From positions 21,395-85,394 of the forward strand of contig CAZHZE010000002.1 of NCBI GenBank assembly GCA_964537265.1: a stretch of DNA of 64,000 bases. The letters are read 5' to 3'. This document shows, one piece after another, positions 34,834-43,012 of this stretch. Positions within the stretch are counted from its first letter, which is position 1. Each line of letters starts with the position of its first letter. Below the pieces are notes generated by a model. It saw only the letters and a program-made list of their open reading frames with translations, searched no databases and was not told the origin of the DNA. Origin of the DNA: an uncultured Gammaproteobacteria bacterium. Lineage in GTDB: Bacteria > Patescibacteriota > Patescibacteriia > Patescibacteriales > GWC2-42-12. A program made the position numbers and the translations under genes.

Positions 34834-36657
34834 TTATACTATATTTTCATGAAATTCAGCAATAATTTGGCGCGGTGTAATACCGTGTTTTTTGTTATAT
34901 AACTCTTGAAAATTGCGACGGCGCTTAGTTTCATTGATGGCATAGTGCATGGCTGGCGTAACTTTATCGGCGTACATAATAACTTTACCTTCAAGATGGC
35001 GTGCAGCGCGTCCCATAGTCTGGATTAAAGATGTTTCATTGCGTAAAAAACCGGCCATATCAGCATCTAAAATAGCTACGAGCGAAACTTCAGGCAAGTC
35101 CAAACCTTCGCGCAAAAGATTTATGCCAACTAAAACATCATATTTACCTAAACGTAAATCGCGTAAAATATCTACCCGTTCTAAGGTTTCCACCTCGCTA
35201 TGTAAATATTGGACTCTAATATCTTGCTCTCGCAAAAAAATAGTCAACTCTTCGGCCATGCGTTTTGTTAAAGTTGTAACTAAAGTTCTTTGACCCTTAT
35301 TAGTTCTAATTTTTATTTCTTGTATAAGATTTTTAATTTGATCGCTGCTAGGCCTTACTTCAATTTCTGGGTCTAAAAGTCCAGTCGGTCTGATTAATTG
35401 TTCAACTACTTGGCGCGAATTTTTTATTTCATATTCAGATGGTGTGGCGCTAACATAAATAACTCGATTAATTTTTTTATTAAATTCTTCAAAGTTTAAC
35501 GGTCGGTTATCACGAGCGCTAGGCAAGCGAAAACCAAAATCAATTAAAGTTTGTTTGCGCGATTGGTCGCCGGCGTACATACCGCGAATTTGCGGAATTG
35601 TAGCATGTGATTCGTCAATAAATATTAAAAAATCATTGGCGAAAAAATCAACTAATGTTTCTGGCGGCGAGCCGGGCGCGCGGCCCGAGAAATGTCTGGA
35701 ATAATTTTCTATGCCATTACAATATCCAATTTCTTCGATCATTTCTAAATCATAATTAGTTTTTTTCTCTAATCGGTAAGCTTCAACTTCTTTACCTTGT
35801 TTAAGAAGTTCTTTAAGTCTTATTTTTAATTCTTGGCGGATAGTTTTTAAGCCGCGTTTTTGCTTTTCTTCTGGAGTTATAAAATGTTTGGCCGGTAAAA
35901 TTGTTATTTCTTTTAGCTGGTGGCTGTTTTTAGCTTCAAATTGTTCGGCCCAAAGCGGTTGATTTTGTCCGGGCCGGGTATTATAAATTAGAATTTTTTC
36001 AATTTTTTCTCCAAAAACAGATATTTTTATAACACCTTCACCAGTAGCTAGATGAATATCAACATTTTCTCCTTTAACGCGAAAACTGCCACGTTTAAAT
36101 TCTTTATCATCACGCGTATATTGGATTTTTACCAAATTTCTTAAAAGCTGGTTGCGTTTTATTGTTTGCCCAACCTTAAAATGTTGGCTCATAGCCTCAT
36201 AATCGGCTCTTTCTCCTAAACCGTAAATGCAAGAAACGCTGGCTATAATTAAGACATCTTCACGATTTAGTAAAGATTGAGTGGCGGCATGGCGCAAGCG
36301 ATCAATTTCTTCGTTAATAGTTGCTTCTTTTTCTATATAAGTATCGGTTTGCGGAATATAAGCCTCCGGCTGGTAATAATCGTAATAAGAAACAAAATAA
36401 TGTACAGCGTTATCGGGAAAAAATTTTTTAAATTCTCCGTAGAGCTGGGCGGCTAAAGTTTTGTTATGAGAAATTATTAAAGTTGGTTTTTGAATCTTTT
36501 CTATTATTCCGGCCATAGTAAAAGTTTTTCCTGATCCTGTTACGCCTAATAATGTTTGGTCGCGGTAGTTTTTTTTCAGACCGTTAACAAGTTTAGCGAT
36601 GGCTTCGGGCTGATCACCAGTAGGTTTAAATTTACTTTTGAGCAAAAATTTCGGCAT
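34834..36657 (-). CDS. uvrB: excinuclease ABC subunit B (short form)
   Basis: 607 aa. Walker [15 protein letters not shown] box ([11 protein letters not shown]), helicase C motifs. Ends shortly after ..HGITPRQI. Confidence 0.93.
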   Translation of the reverse strand: MPKFLLKSKFKPTGDQPEAIAKLVNGLKKNYRDQTLLGVTGSGKTFTMAGIIEKIQKPTLIISHNKTLAAQLYGEFKKFFPDNAVHYFVSYYDYYQPEAYIPQTDTYIEKEATINEEIDRLRHAATQSLLNREDVLIIASVSCIYGLGERADYEAMSQHFKVGQTIKRNQLLRNLVKIQYTRDDKEFKRGSFRVKGENVDIHLATGEGVIKISVFGEKIEKILIYNTRPGQNQPLWAEQFEAKNSHQLKEITILPAKHFITPEEKQKRGLKTIRQELKIRLKELLKQGKEVEAYRLEKKTNYDLEMIEEIGYCNGIENYSRHFSGRAPGSPPETLVDFFANDFLIFIDESHATIPQIRGMYAGDQSRKQTLIDFGFRLPSARDNRPLNFEEFNKKINRVIYVSATPSEYEIKNSRQVVEQLIRPTGLLDPEIEVRPSSDQIKNLIQEIKIRTNKGQRTLVTTLTKRMAEELTIFLREQDIRVQYLHSEVETLERVDILRDLRLGKYDVLVGINLLREGLDLPEVSLVAILDADMAGFLRNETSLIQTMGRAARHLEGKVIMYADKVTPAMHYAINETKRRRNFQELYNKKHGITPRQIIAEFHENIV

Positions 36658-36709
36658 AGCGATTTAATTAAGGTTTTTAACTAACTAAGTATAGCAAAAA
36701 CTAAATAAC

Positions 36710-36738
36710 TTGACAAGATTGTTTAGTTATGATAAACT
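36710..36738 (+). promoter_or_regulatory. sigma70-type promoter (TTGACA-17-TAAACT)
   Basis: TTGACA at 36710-36715, TAAACT at 36733-36738. Confidence 0.55.
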
Positions 36739-36744
36739 ATAAAA

Positions 36745-36892
36745 TCACTTAAAAAACATATAAGAAAGGCCGATTTAAGCGGGTTAGGCACGACAAGCAT
36801 GGGGATCTTCTTATAAGGCATAACATGGTTTACGAACTGTGTTTCGCCTTGTAGAAATTTTCTTGCCTGCCCGCTCAAGTCGGTCTTTTTTT
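36745..36892 (+). ncRNA. ~145-nt small RNA candidate with a 22-bp closing helix and U-tract
   Basis: GGCCGATTTAAGCGGGTTAGGCA (36768-36790) pairs with TGCCTGCCCGCTCAAGTCGGTC (36864-36885), then T8. No ORF. Lies between the divergently oriented uvrB start and the convergent VanW end. Confidence 0.55.
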
Positions 36893-36920
36893 AAAATGCT
36901 TCCTTTTTAGGAAGCATTTT
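36893..36920 (-). terminator. hairpin terminator after the VanW gene
   Basis: AAAATGCTTCC-TTTTTA-GGAAGCATTTT, abutting the stop codon. Confidence 0.7.
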
Positions 36921-38806
36921 TAATTAGTTATAGTTTCTGGCGTTGAAGTTGCAGTAATATTTGCCGTAGAAGTAGCCGTATCGACTGGCGGCGTAGTTAT
37001 TTTTTCTACGCCTAAAAGACAAACTTCTTGCCAAGGTACATAATGAGAAGAAAATCTTTCTTGTTTAATTTCTCCGTTTGAGTAAGTAACTTTATAATCA
37101 AAGTAGGCATCGGCGCCGTTATGGGCATGCTCGGTACATTTTTTTTCACCAGGTTTTAGATCGGTAGTCTCAATTATTTTAGTTGGCGCTGGTTTTACAA
37201 TATTATAAATTGTCGGTTTTGTATTTTCGACTATTCGTCCGTCTTTAGTGCCCCAGAATTCAAAGGAGATATTGTCTCCAGAAAATTTTTGTTGGATTAA
37301 AATGTAATTAGATGTGTCGTTCATAAAACGAAAATCCGGCCAAGGGTCATAAATTGTAGCATCCGTGCCAGCCGGCTCATAATAAGAGACGCGGTAAGAA
37401 TGATTACGGCGCATGGTTATTGGTAGACCACTGTTAATAGCCGCTCTAAATACTGTTGTGCCAATTTGACATAATCCGCCGCCATATTCCGGTATGGTTT
37501 TTCCTTCTTTTATTACTAGCTCCGGCAGATAGCCGGTAGCTCCGCTTACTTCGCCCAGCACTTTTAACAAAGAAAATTCTTCCCCAGGTTTTATTAGAGT
37601 TCCGTTTACTGCATTAGCGCCAATTTTTATATTATGGCGTCGATTTGTCGGTGAACCGGAAAAGTTTGAAGTGCCTACCCCGACAATTTCTTTAATACCA
37701 AAACTATTTATATCGCCAGCGTTAACTAAAACAGACTGAGTTTCAACTATTAATTCAATTGGTTTGCCGCTATTTATTTCGTTTTCAATTTTTTTAAGGC
37801 TAGCCTCTATATTTAATGCTATGCCGTCTTGGCCATTTTGAAACTCACTAACTTTATTGTTGTTAATTTCAAATTTGGCTTCCATCGGCTCTTTATCTAT
37901 TTGTTTAGAAATATTTTCTTTCAGATAAGCGCCAGCTTTCATTTTATCAAAGCCAATATCAATTTTATCAATTCCCAAATCTTTTAACTTTAAGCCAATA
38001 AGCTCAGCTAATTGTTCTTTATTAATAATCCATTGTTTATCGCCATAAATTAAAGTTAGAGGGGCGGCGTTTAAAAAATTTATAGCCTTACTTTCGATAT
38101 TTAGACAATCTTTGGCTAAAATTTTTGGATATTCGGTTATAGTAGAAAGTTTTATCTCCTGATTATTAAGATAGGATAAATTATTAAATATTTTTTTTAT
38201 AACTTCTTCAACATCAATAATTTTTCCTAATTTTTCTTCGGTTATAGAAAATTTATAAAAACCGGAAGTTTGAGTTTTGCTAACAATTAATTTTGCGTCT
38301 TCGGCTGGCTGAAAAATTTCATTAAAACTACTTTTTAATATTTTTTCAATCTGACTTTGGTTTATAGTAATGGGCAATAATATTTTTTTATTGCCCATTA
38401 ATAATAATAATTTTTTTTCTAAATTTATAAAATAATTATTATTTCTAGCATAATTCAAAGCTTTGTTAGCCGCAGAATCGGTATCAAAATCTATAATGCG
38501 AACAGCTAAATCGGCGTTAATTGAAGTGACCACCGGCATAATAGTTGTTTTTTTGCCTTTATATGAAAGTATTATTCCATTTTGGTTTATTTTATTTATT
38601 TCATTATTTATTTCTTCTCTGGCTTGTTCAATGGTTTTGCCGCCTAAATTTAAATTGCCAATAAAAATATGGGGGTAAATTTTACCTTGATAAAGTTTAT
38701 CAAATATTAATAAGCCGCCGGCGGTTAAAACCAGCAAAATAAAAAAAATGATTGCCGAAATAAGCAACCATCGCAGTTTATACATTTTTTTATTAGTCTC
38801 CAACAT
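36920..38806 (-). CDS. VanW/YoaR-family protein, membrane-anchored
   Basis: 628 aa. N-terminal TM, VanW domain motif GGGLCQIGTTVFRAA..RRNHSY. Confidence 0.88.
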   Translation of the reverse strand: MLETNKKMYKLRWLLISAIIFFILLVLTAGGLLIFDKLYQGKIYPHIFIGNLNLGGKTIEQAREEINNEINKINQNGIILSYKGKKTTIMPVVTSINADLAVRIIDFDTDSAANKALNYARNNNYFINLEKKLLLLMGNKKILLPITINQSQIEKILKSSFNEIFQPAEDAKLIVSKTQTSGFYKFSITEEKLGKIIDVEEVIKKIFNNLSYLNNQEIKLSTITEYPKILAKDCLNIESKAINFLNAAPLTLIYGDKQWIINKEQLAELIGLKLKDLGIDKIDIGFDKMKAGAYLKENISKQIDKEPMEAKFEINNNKVSEFQNGQDGIALNIEASLKKIENEINSGKPIELIVETQSVLVNAGDINSFGIKEIVGVGTSNFSGSPTNRRHNIKIGANAVNGTLIKPGEEFSLLKVLGEVSGATGYLPELVIKEGKTIPEYGGGLCQIGTTVFRAAINSGLPITMRRNHSYRVSYYEPAGTDATIYDPWPDFRFMNDTSNYILIQQKFSGDNISFEFWGTKDGRIVENTKPTIYNIVKPAPTKIIETTDLKPGEKKCTEHAHNGADAYFDYKVTYSNGEIKQERFSSHYVPWQEVCLLGVEKITTPPVDTATSTANITATSTPETITN

Positions 38807-38832
38807 CTTCAGGCGGTTAATAATAAAGATAT

Positions 38833-39048
38833 TTAAGAATTTTTAATAATTTCATTAATAATATCTTTGGCTGTTTGCTTGTCTTTTTTTTCTTGTTCAG
38901 CTTCTTCTATAATATTAAAGCTTAAGGCCGAACCCTCATGAATACTATCAGGCAATTTTTTTTTCGGCCAAACAATAGTCGAACCGTCATTTAATACTAA
39001 AACAGCTTTATCTCCTTCAATCCGATCAACAGTTAATTTAATTAACAT
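38833..39048 (-). CDS. DUF3006-like small protein
   Basis: 71 aa, TVDRIEGDKAVLVLNDGS.. Confidence 0.7.
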   Translation of the reverse strand: MLIKLTVDRIEGDKAVLVLNDGSTIVWPKKKLPDSIHEGSALSFNIIEEAEQEKKDKQTAKDIINEIIKNS

Positions 39049-39051
39049 AAA

Positions 39052-39516
39052 TTATTTTTCTTTTACTTTAATGGAAAATTGCTTAGCGCTTTTTGCTTTA
39101 GGTAAAATTACAGTTAAAACGCCATTATCTAAAGACGCCTCAACTTTTTCTACCTCAACCTCTACCGGTAAAATAATAGAACGAGAAAATCCTCCCCAAT
39201 AACATTCTTTAATTAAGTAATTTTCTTCGGAGATTCTTTCTTGGATTTCTCTTCTGCCTCTGATGGTTAGCATGTCATTATTAATAGAGATATCAATATC
39301 GCCGGGTTTAACTCCGGCTATGGTTGATTTTACGATAATATTCTCCGGGCTTTGAAAAACGTCAATAGAAAGTTGACCCTCGTCATAATCGCCACCCAAC
39401 CATTCGCCGTTTGCTATATTTTCTCCTTCTAGAAGTTGTTCAACAATGTCTTTCTCTTCATTTTTTTTATTTTTTTTATCATCTAAACCGGATAATTTTT
39501 TGAAAAAATTTGCCAT
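39052..39516 (-). CDS. Hsp20/alpha-crystallin small heat-shock protein
   Basis: 154 aa. Alpha-crystallin domain (DVFQSPENIIVKS.., LDNGVLTVILPK). Confidence 0.9.
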   Translation of the reverse strand: MANFFKKLSGLDDKKNKKNEEKDIVEQLLEGENIANGEWLGGDYDEGQLSIDVFQSPENIIVKSTIAGVKPGDIDISINNDMLTIRGRREIQERISEENYLIKECYWGGFSRSIILPVEVEVEKVEASLDNGVLTVILPKAKSAKQFSIKVKEK

Positions 39517-39550
39517 ATATTTTTAAAGTTATATCAATATTATAATGTTT

Positions 39551-39579
39551 ATTATAATATTTAACAAGAGTGCATGCAA
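39551..39579 (-). promoter_or_regulatory. sigma70-type promoter (TTGCAT-17-TATAAT) for hsp20
   Basis: Minus strand: -35 at 39574-39579, -10 at 39551-39556. Confidence 0.6.
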
Positions 39580-39604
39580 ATAATTATAATTTTTATTTCT
39601 GATA

Positions 39605-39862
39605 TGAAGTCTGTCAATTCAAGTGGACAACGCAGGACTCGAAGCGCCTCTGTGCTTACCTTGGAGCCGAATTTTCAAAACAGGGTTGGCCTCCACAATA
39701 TTTATTGTCTTTTTGGTGGACCTCTCGCTCACAGGTTGGAACCGAATTATCATAGAAATGATACAGTGGCAAAAAGTAAGAGAGGAATTTGACTTTGTTT
39801 CAGGCAAAAAATCCATAAATCAAGAACTGCTTTATTATATACTGTCAAAATAAAATCGGCAA
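39605..39862 (-). ncRNA. unclassified structured RNA candidate containing a broken tRNA-Val 3'-half copy (includes its TTGCCG-17-TATAAT promoter)
   Basis: Only mutually overlapping ORFs on both strands. Shares TTGTGGAGGCCA, TTCGAGTCCTG and TTGTCCA with the tRNA-Val at 41427-41500. 5'/3' pairing CCUCUCUUAC with GUAAG(CAC)AGAGG, and GUCAAAUUC with GAAUUGAC. Confidence 0.4.
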
Positions 39863-39904
39863 GAGTCTTTGGTGTTTAATATAACATATAACAGATAAGG
39901 CTGT

Positions 39905-39944
39905 TAATAAAATAACGGGCTGTCCTATCGCGGATCAGCCCGTT
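39905..39944 (-). terminator. hairpin terminator after the 39982-40323 gene (possibly bidirectional)
   Basis: AACGGGCTG-13 nt-CAGCCCGTT with T-rich flanks on both strands. Confidence 0.65.
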
Positions 39945-39981
39945 TATCTTTACCTTAAGTGCTAAATAATTTTTGGCAATT

Positions 39982-40323
39982 TTATTTCGATAAGACTTTC
40001 ACCCAGTTTATTGTTTTTTGCTCTCTCACCAAGAATATGCCGCCATATACTCTTGGAAATAATTGTATTTTTACATGATTTCCCAATTTAAGCTCCGATA
40101 AAGTAATCTTGTCCCCGTCGCTGTTGTAGAAGCGTGATTTGTCTTCAAGCTTCAATACATAAGCAGGATCATAAGGACCATCACCTTGAAGAACTATTGC
40201 GTCTTCCCTTATGTCTACAATAGTTCCGATTCTGCTATATTTTAAATAAAAATTAAAAGAAAAAACCAAACCAATTAACACAGAAAGGACTGTATAAATA
40301 ATTCTTTTTAGTATACTTTTCAT
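39982..40323 (-). CDS. membrane-anchored hypothetical protein
   Basis: 113 aa with an N-terminal TM helix. ~43% GC in a hand-counted sample. Confidence 0.6.
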   Translation of the reverse strand: MKSILKRIIYTVLSVLIGLVFSFNFYLKYSRIGTIVDIREDAIVLQGDGPYDPAYVLKLEDKSRFYNSDGDKITLSELKLGNHVKIQLFPRVYGGIFLVREQKTINWVKVLSK

Positions 40324-40337
40324 GATATATTGATTTT

Positions 40338-41075
40338 TTATTTAATAACACAACATTGAGGTAATTTACCATTCGTCTCAAAACTATCTTCAATGGATCC
40401 CAAATCGTTCCAGTCTGATCCACACGCTGTACCATCAGCTTTAATTTGAGTAGCTTTTCCACTTTGTTGTAAACATTTTTCAAATGTAATTTTTGTTTTC
40501 GTATTTGCAGCAGAAAAAGATGTTGGCGTTGCTGCTTGCTTTAAAAAATTAACATAAGTTCCGGAACAATTTTCTCTGATTGTTTTTTCAAATATTCCTT
40601 TCGTAAAAACTTGCTGCATTAAATCATTGCTAAGCTCACAATGTATGGCAAGCCCATTAAAACCAACTGCACCTCCTGAAGCAATAATTTTCCCATCATA
40701 TATGCATTTACTATCTCTTGATCCTGCAATTGTATGTTCAACTTGAAATTTTGTATTGGCATCAAATGATGGATCGTCATAAGAAACAATTCCTTTCGTC
40801 GGAGAACAATTTGCGGCAAGATCATAAAGACATTGTTTTGTTTCTTTGCAATTTGCCACTAGGCAAGTACGATCTTCCCCACAATCAAAAACATTATTAT
40901 TCGCAGCAGCTGTATTATTTTGTTCTTTTGAATTGTTCTGAGTATTAGTTTGCTGATTTTGGGTAGAATCTTTTTGTTGAATTTGTTGATTTGCATTATC
41001 GGTCTGTTTTCCACAACCTGATAACACGACAACTCCTCCTAGTAAAATTACTAAAGTTAGAGTTTTTTTAATCAT
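40338..41075 (-). CDS. Cys-rich lipoprotein, unknown function
   Basis: 245 aa. Lipobox LSGC, Gln/Asn-rich linker, then about 11 Cys. ~45% GC in a hand-counted sample. Confidence 0.7.
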   Translation of the reverse strand: MIKKTLTLVILLGGVVVLSGCGKQTDNANQQIQQKDSTQNQQTNTQNNSKEQNNTAAANNNVFDCGEDRTCLVANCKETKQCLYDLAANCSPTKGIVSYDDPSFDANTKFQVEHTIAGSRDSKCIYDGKIIASGGAVGFNGLAIHCELSNDLMQQVFTKGIFEKTIRENCSGTYVNFLKQAATPTSFSAANTKTKITFEKCLQQSGKATQIKADGTACGSDWNDLGSIEDSFETNGKLPQCCVIK

Positions 41076-41309
41076 ATTTTTATTATTAAGTTAATTACTA
41101 TCGCATTACTTATGCATATATTATAACATGAGAGATTAATTAATACATGGCAAACAAAGTTTCAGCTCGACTTTGCGCGGATTTCAAATTATTTGATTGC
41201 CTCAAAATCCAGCCAAATTCGTTATAATGTAAATATAGGTCAAGTGTACTTCCGCAACTAAATGACCCGAAACACGCTATAATTAGAATAGAGGCAGATT
41301 CTGCGGTTA

Positions 41310-41338
41310 AAACAAAAAACACTATCTGAAAAGATAGT
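41310..41338 (-). terminator. intrinsic terminator downstream of the tRNA pair
   Basis: Minus strand: ACTATCT-TTTC-AGATAGT followed by GTTTTTTGTTTT. Confidence 0.7.
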
Positions 41339-41426
41339 ATCTTAAGTGAGTATTTCTCAAGGGGGTGTTCAAACCCTTACTTAGACCTTGGTAAAGCCAT
41401 TAGTAGGGTATTTAAACATGGATTTG

Positions 41427-41500
41427 TGGACAATACAGGACTCGAACCTGTGGCCTCCACAATGTCAATGTGGCGCTCTAACCAACTGAGCTAATTGTCC
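41427..41500 (-). tRNA. tRNA-Val (anticodon GAC)
   Basis: Reverse complement: GGACAAT..CCACA-TTGACAT-TGTGG..ACAGG-TTCGAGT-CCTGT-ATTGTCC-A. Confidence 0.9.
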
Positions 41501-41518
41501 ATTATATTTATTTTTAGG

Positions 41519-41592
41519 TGCGCGTGGATGGACTTGAACCATCGACCCCCGCCTTATAAGGGCGGTGCTCTAACCAGCTGAGCTACACGCGC
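41519..41592 (-). tRNA. tRNA-Ile (anticodon UAU)
   Basis: Reverse complement: GCGCGTG-TA-GCTC..GAGC-A-CCGCC-CTTATAA-GGCGG-GGGTC-GATGG-TTCAAGT-CCATC-CACGCGC-A. Positions 34-36 are TAT. Confidence 0.85.
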
Positions 41593-41600
41593 TTAAATCT

Positions 41601-41627
41601 AAAAGAAAAAAAGGAGCTAATCCTTTT
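41601..41627 (-). terminator. intrinsic terminator after the DHH gene
   Basis: Minus strand: AAAGGA-TTAGC-TCCTTT followed by TTTTTCTTTT. Confidence 0.5.
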
Positions 41628-41663
41628 TAATAATTTAACATTGTTTTTATGTTTTTTCAAGTG

Positions 41664-42830
41664 CTATAACGGCAATTTGTTTAATTTATCTTGTATAGTT
41701 TCAATAATGGTTTTTTCCGCTTCAATAATGGGTAAATTTATAATTGCCCGAGACAAACTTTTTGTTCCGGTCGGATTAAATTCTTTTATTAAACCTAATG
41801 AATCAATATTTTTTATAGTATAAAGTAATAAGTTTGTTTTATTAATTGATTCGTTAGAACTTTCTTTATTTTCAATGTTTTCATAAATAATGGCGATAAC
41901 TTTAGCCTGGGGAATGCTGACAATCAATTCGTCTATTACATCGGTTAAATCTTTTTCCGAAGAATTAGTTTTTAAAAAGTCAGCTGCTGATAAAGTTGAC
42001 CAAACCAATTTATTATCTAAACTACTAGATAATCTAGCTAAAACTCGCCCCCAAAGTTTTAAGACGTTAATACTTTTAGAGCGATAAAGATTATTAACGA
42101 TTTCTTCGCGTCTGGCGCCTAGCGACATAAGCTGTGAAGCGGTAAGCAAGGCGCGTGGTGTGACATTATTAGTTTTGAAACTTTTAGTTTCCGCGATCAT
42201 GCCGGTTAAAAGGCAAGTGGCTATATTATCATCAATAAAGTCTTGCCCAAAACTTTCCATTAAAGAGAAAACAATTTCCGAGGTTGAAACAGCGGTAAGT
42301 TCAATAAAATCAATTTGACCATAACCTTCATTATTTGAACTATGATCAATATTTATAATTGGAGTATGGTAAAAAAATTCAGTGTCATTGTCATAAATAG
42401 TGCCTAAAGATTCTAAATCCGGAGTATCGATCGTAATAATTAAATCATATTTAAATCCGCTTGCGCCAGAAGTTATATCCGATGAACTAAAAAAACCATC
42501 TTTAGGTGAGATAATAAAATTTAATTGATTTTTTTCTTGGGTATATTTGATTTGGCTTACTTTAGTATTGGTGACGTCTAAAGAAATAATAAATTTTCTT
42601 AAATTATCCAGCTTATGTTTTATTTCAGTATAGCCGGGTAAAAATGAATAAAGTTTATTTAAACTGAATTTTTCCGCTACCACATCAACGTTTTTATCCA
42701 TTTTTTTTAAAAATAAAAATATAGCCAAAGCCGAAGCTACGGCATCGCCGGTCCAAGTTTTTTTGAAAGTAATCAAAATATTTGAAGCTTTCTTAATTTG
42801 TTCAAAAATTTGTTGTTCTTGAGTTAACAT
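41664..42830 (-). CDS. DHH-family phosphoesterase (NrnA-like)
   Basis: 388 aa. DHH/DHHA1 layout (GDAVAS.., NIDHSSNN, GGH-like C-domain). Confidence 0.8.
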   Translation of the reverse strand: MLTQEQQIFEQIKKASNILITFKKTWTGDAVASALAIFLFLKKMDKNVDVVAEKFSLNKLYSFLPGYTEIKHKLDNLRKFIISLDVTNTKVSQIKYTQEKNQLNFIISPKDGFFSSSDITSGASGFKYDLIITIDTPDLESLGTIYDNDTEFFYHTPIINIDHSSNNEGYGQIDFIELTAVSTSEIVFSLMESFGQDFIDDNIATCLLTGMIAETKSFKTNNVTPRALLTASQLMSLGARREEIVNNLYRSKSINVLKLWGRVLARLSSSLDNKLVWSTLSAADFLKTNSSEKDLTDVIDELIVSIPQAKVIAIIYENIENKESSNESINKTNLLLYTIKNIDSLGLIKEFNPTGTKSLSRAIINLPIIEAEKTIIETIQDKLNKLPL

Positions 42831-42931
42831 TTTTTTCTTGCTTTATTAATCGCATGAAGACTATAAGGTAATTAGTAAATATATATCATATTAAATAGGG
42901 TGTCAAGAGAATGAAAATATCTTTATTTTTC

Positions 42932-42960
42932 TTGCAAAATAAGGCTAATTTTGTTATTGT
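42932..42960 (+). promoter_or_regulatory. sigma70-type promoter (TTGCAA-17-TATTGT) for valS
   Basis: TTGCAA at 42932-42937, TATTGT at 42955-42960. Confidence 0.5.
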
Positions 42961-43012
42961 TAAGTTATAAAAACACTGGAAATTTAGTGTTAATTTCAAG
43001 TGAATTTTTAAT

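Noticed and set aside
39574-39853. Three overlapping 65-76 aa ORFs on both strands
   Set aside because: They are mutually exclusive, have no start context, and the region contains tRNA-like sequence blocks. I interpret it as non-coding RNA or a pseudogene.
40253-40948. ORFs 40253-40483(-), 40619-40825(-) and 40718-40948(+)
   Set aside because: These are alternative-frame or antisense shadows of the lipoprotein and adjacent gene, produced by the locally higher GC content.
41140-41322. 60-aa minus ORF between the lipoprotein gene and the tRNAs
   Set aside because: It has no start context, runs into the tRNA-operon terminator, and has low-complexity hydrophobic content. Probably spurious, though the region is unexplained.
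41339-41426. 88-nt segment between tRNA-Val and its terminator, with a T-loop-like GTTCAAACCC
   Set aside because: I could not fold it into a cloverleaf on either strand, so I treat it as a 3' trailer.
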